From Squalus acanthias (Eukaryota), in NCBI GenBank assembly GCA_030390025.1, contig CM059437.1:13330001-13394000 (forward strand): a stretch of DNA of 64,000 nt, read 5' to 3'. Both the position numbers and the translations under genes were made by a program. Of this stretch, positions 27,056 to 38,733 are shown piece by piece; positions within the stretch are counted from its first letter, which is position 1, and each line of letters opens with the position of its first letter. Under the pieces are notes generated by a model. That model was not told where the DNA came from. It did no database searches and was given only the letters and a program-made list of their open reading frames with translations.

Positions 27056-27759
27056 GGGCCGGATATTCCGTAGGGACATTGGAAATGCCGGTTTCAGGCA
27101 TGCACTGGAAACCGGCATTTCCGATCTGTCAAGAAAGCTCGACAGATCCTCCGGCTGCCAGGGAGAAGGGCCTCTGCGGGCAGATAGTTCTGCTTTTTGG
27201 AGACCCTCCCCCCGCAGAAAACCCTTACAATTCTTGCGCCTGGTAAAAGCAGGCATAAAGCCTGCTTTTACCAGGATAAGAGTTGAAAAAAAGTTTTTTA
27301 AAAATTTCCACTGATTTATCATTTAAAAATACTTTAAAGAAAGTTAAGTTTATTTTTAGCCCCGTTAAAAACTTTAATTATTTTTTTCAAAAATTTAAAT
27401 TTGTTTAAAAGTTAATTTATGTAATTTCAAGTTATTTTAAAAATGTGATGTTTAAAAAAAAATTTATTTGAAGTTTTACTATGTTCTGGGGGTGATCTCC
27501 ATTCATATAATTGACAGGTCTTCCTGTCAAATATATGAAGGGAGATTCCCTTCTCTGATTAGCTCCCCATGGCCCACGTGATCCCAGGGACGCTGCGAAC
27601 TACCTGCGCCTCTGGGATACGTGGGCCCTGCACACCGGCAGTTTGGAGAGGCCCAGCAGTGGAACTGTGCGCCTCCTGGGAGCCCTCAGGTAAGGGCGCA
27701 GATTTTTCCAGATCGTAGGCCTCCGCCCGCAGGAGGCCTGCGATCGGAAAATACGGGCC
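27056..27759. mobile_element. PIF/Harbinger-type MITE, related subfamily
   Basis: ATT|gggccggatattccg ... cggaaaatacgggcc|ATT: 15-bp imperfect TIR and perfect 3-bp TSD; internal similarity to the 9893 and 13614 copies. Confidence 0.88.
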
Positions 27760-27774
27760 ATTATGTCTCACTAT

Positions 27775-28169
27775 TCTTTTTTTTTTTCTTCGTTCATGGG
27801 ATGTGGGCAAGGATAGCATTTATTGCCCATCCCTAATTGCCCTTGAGTAGCTTGCTGGGCCATTTCAGAGGGCAGTTAAGAGTCAAGCACATTGCTGTGG
27901 GTCTGGAGTCACATAGGCCAGACCAGGTAAGAATGGCAGATTTCCTGCCCTAAAAGGACATCAGTGAACCAGATGGGTTTTTACGACAATCTGGTAGTTT
28001 CATAGTCACCATTACTGATACTGGCTTTTTTTTAAATTCCAGATTTATTTAATTAACTGAATTTAAATTCCCCAGCTGCCGTGGTGGGATTTGAATTCTT
28101 GTCACCAGATTATTAGTCCAGGCCTTTGGATTACTAGTCCAGTAGCATTACCACTATACTACCGTTCCC
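27775..28169 (-). mobile_element. tRNA-head SINE with LINE-derived tail, copy 2
   Basis: Colinear with 12723-13179; poly-T on the plus strand at the tail end. Confidence 0.85.
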
Positions 28170-30444
28170 GATACACCACATCCCTGTAGGTCGAAGTGAG
28201 AGTCATGACATTCATAGTTACTTGTTACAAGTCTTCAGAATATAGGCCTTCCTGGGGGCCAGTATGGTCATTACTGCAAATTGCTGGAATCCCAGTTGTT
28301 TTAACCAGCTCTTTCAAAAGGCATAAAAGTAAATTGAGATCGACAGATCATCCATTACTACTGCCCTAATACTGGAGCAGAACAATGGCAGCCTCTTGTT
28401 CAAGAGCATAGTAATGTCATCAAGTAGCTACATCTACAGAACATAGCACCCACTGCCTTCAAGTGATAATTGGCTGGAACATGTCTGCCATAAATGTTTA
28501 CTGCTCTTTCGATGCCACAAGAGTGTGGATTGACTGTTCCAATGAGTTCAGTTTGCACCAACATTAGATCTGTTGTGTGCTGAGACATAGGGATGAATAA
28601 GTTCCAGTTTATATACCACACCACCGTAATGTTGTCAGTCATGACCTCCCCTGTGCCACTGTGCATTTTGTTCCTGAAAAATTACTCTCAGCCAAGTCTG
28701 ATTACATCCTATGCATCAGAAAGGAGATCTCACTTTCTTCTGGACAGGTTTTTCCTAGATGGGCTCTGTATCCTCAGTACCATCTGGTAAGGGCGAGGAA
28801 AGGATTCCTCTTCCTGATCTCCATCTAATGTCTCGCATGGTCGTTAAAACAACACAAGACCAGATTGGGCTGCAATTACCCATCGTCAAATAACCTGCAA
28901 CGTTGTCTAGACTCTCATACCTGGGTGAGGAAACAGTGGGCTATTGTTATCCATGGAACCATAACCTAACAATGAGTCATCTTTAGAAGAGATGGGGAGA
29001 AAACTGGAAAAATAAAATCTGGACCAAAAATTTTCCAGATACACATTATGGGAAGGGAATTGTGAACGGTTATCAAAAGAAAAATCAGTGAGAGCTTCCT
29101 CGGGTTCTGTACAACAGGTCTGCTATATACAACTAAAAAGGAAATAAAGGTTTGCCTCAGATCATTGCTGCCACCATCTTCGAGCAGAATGCAGAGAGAT
29201 TGCTTCTTCACCAGGGACAGAGTTTCTTGAGGACTCAATCCCTGGTGATTTTTTAACTCCCCTCACATGCATCTCCCCCACCCTCATACATAGTCGACAA
29301 ATACCCAACTGCATATGGAAGCTGAATGAACAGTTTTCAAAAATAAAACTCAACACACAAATTTAGTCTCGAAATACACATTCTGGATCCCTAAACTGCC
29401 AATTACAGGAATTTTCAAGTATTTCCGCTGGTGTTTCATGGGTAAAGAAAGAAGTACTGGCAAATACAGACAAATGCTATAAAATCAAAATACCAAATTT
29501 AAATAAACAAGGCCTTATTTCCCCTCAACTCCAAGAACAGCAGTTGCATTTTTAAATCAGTTATGTAGCTTACTGGCAGCATACTAGGAGTTAAAGGGAA
29601 ATGTAATCAAACGTACAGGATTCCACACAAAACTTGCCCTCTTCAGCAGTTTTAAAGCATAAAACATAGAAACTAAAATCGAGATCCCAAAACTGTATAG
29701 CTACCCCCTTTATAACAATTAGGATTATGAGACAATTTAGGGTGCTACAAAGTTATCAGTGGGTAGAGTTTCTGGCTTTGCACCAACGTTAAACTTGTGT
29801 AGTGTAAATCAGGTGTGAAGGCTCTGAAGCAAAGTGGAGTGAGGCCCACTTCTCCAGGGTGGTCGCACTCCGCTTCCTTGGATGTCAAGACTCTAGATTC
29901 AGGCTGCATGCACATTCTAATTGCAGCATCAGTATATAAAGCGAAAATGCTTTGCCCCTGTGATAAAATTGAAGTATAAATGCATGCTTAGGTAAACACA
30001 GTTCCAGTAATGCCAAACCCACAGTCTCATAAATCACGAGACAAACTCTTAAAAAAATCATGAGATTTGGTAAGAACTCATGAGTTGCTATTTTTTCCTG
30101 ACCCCTCGCTGACCTTTGCCCCTGGACAGGAAACACATTCCGCGACCTTTGCTCCCAGAAAGGAAGCGCATTCGGCCATCATTAAAGACATTTTGGCTGT
30201 CACGACAAAAGTTGACATTTTTCCCCTGCAAAATCTTCCTCCACAGCCAATGCTTTAGGTACACAAGAAACCAGCTCAGTCATCCACTCATGCTACACCA
30301 GCTAACTGTCAAATGGTACACTAGATTGAACCAATTCTGCCTTTCAACTTCATTTACCACCTTACATAGTTCATTTGAGCGAACAATTGTTCCAATGTGT
30401 TTTACAGGAGATCTGGAAATGTTGGACAGGAACCAAGAGAGAAG

Positions 30445-30790
30445 TCATAGTAAGTGATCAAAGGCAAAGCCAGTGCTGGGTTGAGGCTTTTGAAAGTACA
30501 AAATAGGCAATGAGGTAGAACAGTTTGGGGGGGATCCCCCAGAGAGCCGTGGCATGGTGGCTGAACGCTCTGCCACCAATGGTAGTGTAGAGTGGGACGA
30601 CAAACAGGAACTTAAAGTGAAAAGAGAAGATGGATTCTGGAAGGGAGAGCGGTTGGAGATTGCAGAAGTAGCACGGAACAAAGCCATGGGAAGAGCTGTA
30701 AAGGAGAGCAATTTTTAACTTGTGCTGGAGGTTAGGGAGCCAATGCACGTCGACAAGAACAAGAGTGAATGCATCCTTAACTGGGGTAAA
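30445..30790 (-). mobile_element. Old L2-like LINE 3' remnant
   Basis: Minus ORF MHWLPNLQHKLKIALL...TTIGGRAFSHHATALW matches L2 motifs LHWLP and GGRAFS..AP.LWN. Confidence 0.7.
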
Positions 30791-31048
30791 ACAACCATGA
30801 CTAAATAAAATTTGAAGTAATTCTTAATAGAAATGGAAAACTGAAATAAAGCAATTCATTTTTTTTTAAATGTAATATGACAATGTATAGTGCTCCTTTG
30901 AAAACTCCTGAAGCGGATACTTATAAATAAAAAAAGGGCGAAAGTCTCAGCATAGATGAAACGAAACAAGTACTGCGTCTGACACTTATGGCAACTAGAG
31001 GCCCAGCCCCTCTGGCTTAGCAAGAATGTACTTCTGCCCATTACTTAC

Positions 31049-31200
31049 CGGTCAACTTTAAACCGCTCATGTTTGGCTTTTAGGGCATCTATGTTCGCCT
31101 CTTTGTCGGTGAGGAGCTTCTCGAGCTTGGTCATAGTATTTTTGGGAAGTTTGGCAAGTTCAGCACAATCCAGCAGCTGCTGCAACACAGCCGCCGCCAT
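31049..31200 (-). pseudogene. TPR: Orphan exon 1 of nucleoprotein TPR (gene fragment nested in a SPOP intron)
   Basis: ATG at 31200 (aacATGG) gives MAAAVLQQLLDCAELAKLPKNTMTKLEKLLTDKEANIDALKAKHERFKVD + CG|gtaagt. Aligns with the recalled human TPR N-terminus [50 protein letters not shown] and ends where TPR exon 1 is recalled to end. No convincing TPR exon 2 found. Pseudogene status is inferred. Confidence 0.85.
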
Positions 31201-31540
31201 GTTACCACCTGCGTCTGCAACACCCGCCCGTCCGCCAACATAACAAGGCGCTTGTTAAACACGCATGTGACACAAGCCGTGCAGCGCCCTCTGGAAGTTA
31301 GAGTCCTTTGTAGGTTTAGGTTCCTTTCTTTAAAGAGAACAAACAACATCTCCCAGCATGCCTCGCAAGTTGGACTCCTCTGCATAGTGTATGGCGGATC
31401 GCGCACTTCCGGTTTGCTCAGCTGTCTACAATATTTCAGAAGTTTAAAATTTAGAGTTTTGAGGTGAATCGCAAGATCGCGAGTTGGGCTGAATTTTCAT
31501 TACAAATTATGTGTCTTGCTATTAAATCGCAAGAGTTGGC
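31201..31540. promoter_or_regulatory. CpG-enriched housekeeping/bidirectional-type promoter upstream of the TPR exon
   Basis: CTCF-like cagcgccctctgg (31282-31294), ZNF143/SBS-like acaacatctcccagcatgcc (~31343-31362), YY1-like atggcgg (31391-31397), ETS cacttccggt (31404-31413), TCGCGA-type gatcgcgag (31475-31483). Confidence 0.65.
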
Positions 31541-32457
31541 ATTACTGCAGTTCCACTTTGGGTTAACATTTCATGGTTGAGTATATTTTCAAACTTATTC
31601 CTCCCTAGAGTATTTAAAAAGAAAAGCTGCACATTTTGAAAATTATTCTTCAGTACTTAAAGGGTTATTTTTATACCACCAAATTTACATGAATCAGAGG
31701 GGTAGGTATTTCAACCCATATATTAATGGTTTTTCCATCAAGCAGATCAGGATTTTGATCTAGAAAAATAGAAAAAAGTAAAACCTGCACCACTTGTTTT
31801 GGCAAATATTTCTGCAAAAGTTGTTTCAAGGAAGGCACAAGCTACATACTTCTGCCACTGGTCTTGGTTCATCAATCCAGGGATCTTACCAATTGTACTT
31901 GCAATTCAGTGAACTCTACAGATCACGGGCATCCATGCACAAGTTTCTAAAATCGACTTCTGTTGCAAAATATTTCCAGAAAATGCATACGGAAAAAGTA
32001 TATTGCAATTTAAAAAAAAAATCTACTACATTCCCTGAAAATATTTCTACCAGGACTGTTCAGCCAAATCAAATAGTATCACAGGCTCAATTGGAGATTT
32101 TCAGACAGCTCCAAACAACTGTTTTAAAGTCCTTTACTTAAGCTTCTACCCAAGTTTTTTTTTTAATGGGTGTGGGGCTAGAGGGGGAAAAAGGGAAGAC
32201 GAGGATAGTAAGATCATAGCAACTGTGAGGCACTGCAGCTTTAACAGCAAATCTGTGCTGGTATCCATTATCTATGCAGTATTCTGTGGTCTAAAAAGTA
32301 TGCAATATATGCAACAATGCTTTTAGGGATTTACAAGGCACTAATTTAGTAGTTCTGATGAAAGCCCTAAATCACGAGGATGCAGCCTACCAGGAGAAAG
32401 AATTGCTACCTCAACCTGACATTTATTACTCCTGTATTACATAGTCTGCAATTAATT

Positions 32458-32822
32458 TAGAATCATGGAATGGTTACAGCACAGTAGGAGGCCATTTGGC
32501 CCGTCGAGCCCGTGCCGGCTCTCTGCAAGAGCACTTCAACTAATCCTAATCCCCCGCCCTTCCTCCGTAGCCCTGCAATTTTTTTCTCTTTCAGGTACTT
32601 AACTAATTCCCTTTTGAAAGCCACAATTGAATCTGCCTCCACCACACTTTCAGGCAGCAGCGCATTCCAGATCCTAACCACTCGCTGAGTAAGAAAGTTT
32701 TTCCTCATGTCGCCTTTGGACCTTCTGCCAGTCACCTTAAATCCGTGTCCTCTGGTTCTCGACCCTTCCGCTAACGGCAACAATTTCTCTCTATCAACTC
32801 TGTCTAGACCCATCATAGTGAT
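32458..32822 (-). mobile_element. Young CR1 LINE 3' fragment
   Basis: MMGLDRVDREKLLPLAEGSRTRGHGFKV...; reverse complement closely matches 17900-18250. Confidence 0.92.
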
Positions 32823-32939
32823 CTGAACATGAAAATTTGAAAGAAAATATTTTCCCACTATTATGATACAAACTAACCATGCAACTGGCTGCATAAAATA
32901 GGTGAAAGAGTGAGAATAGGATCTGAAGGCATTAATTTA

Positions 32940-33300
32940 GTGAATGCAGACTCAAGCACATCATTCCAGCCATCATCAGCACAAACATGCAGTGTGCAGG
33001 CCACCAGATCATTGATTCAATGATGTAGGATGTGGTTTCTACTTGTCCGCAAGGACATTTGTTGTCAGCATAAAGGCTCCACAGGAGAAAATTTTTCTCC
33101 TTGTTCAGTTTGAAAGCGGTTGAGATGCGCCCAACTATGAGGTAGCCAGTTGAATGCTGTTTGACGGTCTGTAGAGTCGCAGAAGATATGGCGATTTATA
33201 GGAGCATCTGCTACCCACTCCACATCAGCGAGTTGGTAGGCATGTAGCATCCATATGAAATATTTTATTTCCACGCACCAAGTATATTGGCATTACCTTC
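32940..33300 (-). mobile_element. Old Ingi/Vingi-like non-LTR retrotransposon C-terminal remnant
   Basis: Minus strand gives RQTAFNWLPHSWAHLNRFQTEQG, then KCPCGQVETTSYIIE: the LNRxRTG plus CxCG..T..HI zinc-knuckle signature. Confidence 0.55.
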
Positions 33301-33319
33301 GACATTGATTCCTTGCTAT

Positions 33320-33630
33320 GGTAGAGTTCCACAGGCATCAGTTCCTCTCTGGCACCTAACCCAAGGGGCCTTGGCAGCCAATATTCATGAACCTTGACAG
33401 CTATTGTTGGAAAGCTGCTTTTACCACAAGGAGCGTCAAAACCAAGCATGATGTTGCCCTTACAGGTATAATTCCAGCAAATCTTTGTTGGATAGCAATA
33501 AGGAGAATGAACTGTGGCCAGCTTTCTTGTTCCAAATCTAGGGTGCAAAGCCCAACTGTAATGGTCCACAGATCATTTAAGTCAGCAGAGACTGGGAGAT
33601 GAACCTGGGATATCCTGGTCTGTATTGAAA
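33320..33630 (-). mobile_element. Ancient SINE copy (AmnSINE2-like, tentative)
   Basis: Reverse complement of accaggatatcccaggttcatc... through gctgccaagg..tgtggaactctaccatagcaaggaatc. Confidence 0.5.
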
Positions 33631-36600
33631 AAGCCATCAAGGGAGCCTCTGAAACTGGCTACATACCGTAATTAAAACACTGATAAAATTGAATTCTACA
33701 CTAAAATGGTGTTTAGATTTAGCATTCTAGTATGAGTTTATTTTAACATGGAATGCTATGCACGTGATACCTTCTGAATATAAATAGTGAAGAATTTAAA
33801 CAGGTGGCAGCTGGAAGCTCCAATCATTACTGAGGGGACCACTAGATTCCCCCTTGATCTCTGTGGTTATTCGATTTATAGAATAAATACACCTTGGAGA
33901 TCTCTCTTTACAGGCCACGTTCACTCGAATTATGCCAAAAGATTGCTGTGGCACCTGTGTCTACTATGGAGGCAGGCAAACAGCATATGGTTGAAATAGT
34001 GTAAATGATGAGCACTGTCAACAGTAAGTCACTTAAAATTCCACACAGAAGTGTTTTTTAAGAGCAAAAATGATTCTTAGATCTTCCTTTACAGATAATT
34101 GAAATTACAACTGCTATGATCAAGTTAAGGTTGATAAAGCAGTACAATTTTGACCAAACCTTTTAATACTACAATAGACAGATTGATCCCTGAATGTTTT
34201 AATCAGTTATTTATGCACTGATGCCTCACTACTATATCCAGGGTTCAAACAAAGCTATTTTCTTTCTTTTGTTTGTCTGTGCTCAGACTGAGTGATGAGA
34301 ACCCTGAGAAACTAAAGTATTTTTCCACTTTATGATATTCAGAAGTCCCACATCAGATACATTCCCTCGATAATGCCTCAATTCCAACTTCATACCAACT
34401 CACCACCTCCTGCCAATTAGAACAAAACTACATTTTTCACAACTGCCAGCTTACTCTAAAATTCAAGGGCAATTTGAGCATTGGGGTCTCAACTCAACCA
34501 AAGAGACGTTTTCAGACCTTCTCTGCATTATATTCAGACTAAATTCTGAAAACGCCCAAGGACAATGTACCACCAAGCTCTTAAAGTCATAGTTCACCAC
34601 AGCTGCCATTACAGCTGGGTCAACTGACTAATAGTACACAAATGGATTGGTCAATCCATAATACCTGCTCTGAAATATACAACGATTTAACTGGGCTGCT
34701 CTACACTTTCACTAAGGATTTAGACAATTGTTTAAACCCATTTTCAGAACTTCCCACTTCTGCAATTTTGTGCTTTAAAAGCCAAAATGGGTATCTCCAT
34801 ATTCCACCGCACAAAACAAAAAAGCCACAAGGAAAGTACGTTGAGTTACAAGCATCAGTAAAGATAGGATTAAAAATGACCCGCACTAATATTACTGAAC
34901 GAAACTGGACATCAACCATATCCATTACATTTATCCATCACTATTTACACACAATGTTGCCACAAAGGCAAATACGGATCAAACTGAATAGCCCCATTAT
35001 CCAACTCATTGTTGGTTAAGAATAAAACCTGAATGAGGATGCTCATACTAAATAGCTAGTTTAACCAGCTCCCACTGAGACTAAGAAGAGTGCACCAGCC
35101 TGCAAGTGATATTAACATTTATACCAATATGCCCTTTCTACTAGAAATCCCAGTGAATAAACCAATGTTGCTGTGAGAGTGTCTGAGAACCTGCTGACTT
35201 TCCACTTCCGAGCAACCTCGAGGCAGCACTGGGGTAGAATAAACAGGTTTCGCCTATTCAATACTTTCTGTATTGGAAGCACAAATATTACAGAAACTGG
35301 CCAGGAGCAATATCCATGTTCAAGCAAGTGTGGACTTTTTTTTATAAAGATCCAGAGTTGCTGGACAAACTTGCATGGATGTGATTAAATCTGAAGTACC
35401 CCACCAGATTGTAATGGGAGCAGGGACATCTGCAGGCTTTGAGGATACCTGAATTTTAGAATGCGGCCAAGAGCTGAAGTTAAGGGCGGACTAAAGATCA
35501 GACTCAGTGCAGTTCCTGTGTTATCCTTGAGCTCTATCAGTAGTAAAATGTAATGCCGGTTCGAAGTCAAGGGTTAATTGCAACAGCTGCACATATACCT
35601 GTTAGCTAACAAAGAAAAGCACTACTAGTGCATAAAGCACAAAAAAAATCTCAATTTAATTGTACAAATCAATAAGAGAACAGTTGGCTTATCTAGCATG
35701 TAATTGAGCTTGGCAGTTTTGATTTATAATGTACACCAGGCTCTTAATTTCCTTCTAAATTTGTGCCACAACTGCAAATTAGTTTCCTTAATATACCATT
35801 GTGAAAATCATGACATCATTATTCTGCTGCAATAAAGTCACAATAGTTTCTCAAATACTGAACCTATACAGCCCGGATATAGCTTGTTCTGCTATTTAAA
35901 TTAGTGAGTTTAATATACTTTATAAAATAATTTAAATGGCAGTGAGTACAATACTGTAATTTAATTTTAGCCATTGAGATGACATCCATAAGCTGCCTGA
36001 TACATAATCTTATGATTTACAACATCTAAACTCCTTGGTTAATTGATGCCAATGTTATTCAATATTCTATCTTGTATATTTTCAGTTAGGTTTATCCAAG
36101 ACATCTGCTTGCATAATTCAGTATAACATTGAATATTTGGGAACATAACTGATTTTTGATGCAATTTTCCAAGACTGATCACCTTGTAATTTAAGATCCT
36201 GAATACAGCAAATCGACCATAACACAATCCTTCTTCTACAGTTCCAAAGAGATAGATGTACACTCTGCATTGAATCTATCTGAGGACCTTCCAGTCACCT
36301 CTTTCAGCAACTCATCAAACCATCTGAAAAAGGCAAGGGCTCCAATATAGCAGAGTGGCTCACAGTAGAGATCTAACAATCACAAATTGATTACAGCCAG
36401 AAGTAAAAAGCACAATTGTTACATAATTATTTGCAGGGAGTGATCAGACAGTAATTGAAAATGCACTATTTCCTCATAATGACCAAGATGTTTACCATCA
36501 TTATTGTGCACAGTAATTTGCAGAATACTTCTCAAAGTACATTAACTTGAGATCAGTACTTCTTTCTCATTTATCTCTCAACAACAGCACTTTGTTACCA

Positions 36601-36688
36601 GTCTGTTACCCCATGGGACGAATTCTGCTAGTTGTCTCTTATAATGCAGTAAACATCTTAGAACAGTCCAAGTCAATCATGCTGGTTA

Positions 36689-36838
<150 letters not shown>

Positions 36839-37599
36839 TTAGATCCGTTCTACTTAGCTCAAGTTGTAACACTGCAAAATAGATCAATCCTAGAAAGAGA
36901 CTGCCAGCCTTCTACTATTTACATCCATCAACTTGGATTTCAGCAGAACAATTTTAGCCACCTAGACAATATCCTGTACCTGGGTTTGGTCACGTGATAC
37001 AAGACATTATATACATGGATTCTAGGTGAAGGAAAAATGGGTAGACTCAAAGACATCAGCTTATTATACTATGAAGCTGATAAAATTCAAGTATGGCCTT
37101 TAACATTAAGCATTTTAAAATTATTACAACTTTTGGTTCATCAGTAAACCCACCTCTACAAATAACATGGGTCTACTTTGTACCTGATTTACAGAAAGAA
37201 AAATTCAGCTAAAAAGCTAACACCATAAACATACTGTAATAGCTCAACAGGACAGTGATGCAAATAGTGATTTAAAAAAAAAAATTCAATTTGGTATTTA
37301 TATGTCTACAGATTTTTAAAATTCTGCTATATGAATTACAATCTACTCATAGAAGCTTGTTATATGCTATAACCTTATTTTCCAATTAAGAGTTTAACAA
37401 AGTCTGTATCCGAGCTGACCTACCAAAATATGCAAATTAAATATGAAAGTAATCCTGTAAGTTGATTAATTAAATCTTTGTGGTAATCAAAATGCCCATT
37501 TCAGATCATGTTTCAGACCGTTGTCATGCCTGCAGCTGATGGTTAATCATGATAAGCTATAGGTTTTGCTTAATTATAGCAAATTATTGATGAATATTA

Positions 37600-38025
37600 G
37601 CGTTGTAAAGAATCAGTTAACACAAATGCCTTTCACTTCTGGAACCTAGTTTCAAGTCCAGCCCAAAGCGATAGAATGAAAGTCAATTTTGCTACAGGCT
37701 ATAAAAGGTCCTATGTGAAATGAATTGAGGCAGTCTGAACCCAGTCCCTAGTGAGCATGGACTCAGTATCACTTAATGCCAAAGTGGTGGCAGTTTTGCA
37801 CTAAGAGACAACAACATGGCTGGTGTAGAAAATGAGAAGTATCAAGATTGATGGAGGAGGAGCCCTCTTGTAAAGTAAAACTGAGGCACATTACTGAAGC
37901 AAGGTAAAGTGGTTTACTCTACTGCTAAAGAGAGTTATGCCAGAGCTGGAGTGCTTGATACCAATACTGGGTGCCCCAAATCAAAGTGTTCCATTTCTCA
38001 GTCCCAACAACTCCCACCTTAATGC
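37600..38025 (+). mobile_element. LF-SINE-like element
   Basis: gcctttcacttctggaacctagtttcaagtccagccca...cctatgtgaaatgaattgaggcagtctgaacccagtccctagtg...ctgaggcacatt follows the recalled LF-SINE consensus blocks in order. Confidence 0.65.
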
Positions 38026-38559
38026 CAAAAAACCCCCCACTAATTTTCCCTAGGTAATGGAAAACTTGAGAATACTGGGGAAGTGAGGAAATGAAAGTGT
38101 AAGTTTCAGTCTTGTTAAAGAAATACTAACCAAGGTGCACTGCATAAGACAGCATGTGTTTTTTAAAAAAAAAACAATGAGACCCAAGCCATAAGGCCTC
38201 AATGAAATATTTACAACTGTGATGTAGTATTATAGGAATGAAGTTAATGCAAATCTTGTGCATGGTGTAAAAACAGGGGAAACTTTATTCAGGGGTGAAT
38301 GTCTAGAGTAATTAAGCTGCAGTAACAGCCTGTTCAACAAAACTGGCTGTTGAATGCATCAATAATGCACACTACTAAATCATGATACTGTATGGAGATG
38401 TGAAATCTTGGGGATGAGTTAAGTGGGTCGACTCTCCATACAAGAATGAGCTTTCATTAAACATTGAATTTCTCTTAAAATGTCATGATTTTAAAATGTG
38501 ATTGCCTGATAGCTCAAATGACAACTGGTTCTCACTCCCAAATAGAAATGATGGAAATC

Positions 38560-38733
38560 AAATAAAAAGTGAAATGTTGAAAATTTACAATAGGTTCTTC
38601 AGCATCTGAGAAAAGACAAATTAATCTTTTGGGTGAAGAATTTTTATTAGTTCTCCACCTAAAATTCTAACTTGTCTTTTCCTTTTTCAGATAGTGACAG
38701 ATCATCCACTGCTTATTTTTCAGCATTTTCTAT
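38560..38733. repeat. Decayed palindromic (hairpin) repeat
   Basis: aaatgttgaaaat...agcatctgagaaaagacaa / ttgtctttttcctttttcagat...ttttcagcatttt are complementary arms. Confidence 0.5.

Noticed and set aside
26656-27246. 196-aa plus-strand ORF
   Set aside because: Spans the junction of two transposon remnants; no recognisable domain.
29170-29385. Possible TPR exon 2 relics (QETL...QSL..LE and VYFET)
   Set aside because: Scattered short matches with wrong spacing and no proper splice sites.
29836-29896. Hairpin plus CTAG as a Helitron end that might have carried the TPR fragment
   Set aside because: The hairpin is imperfect and no matching 5' TC terminus or other Helitron feature was seen.
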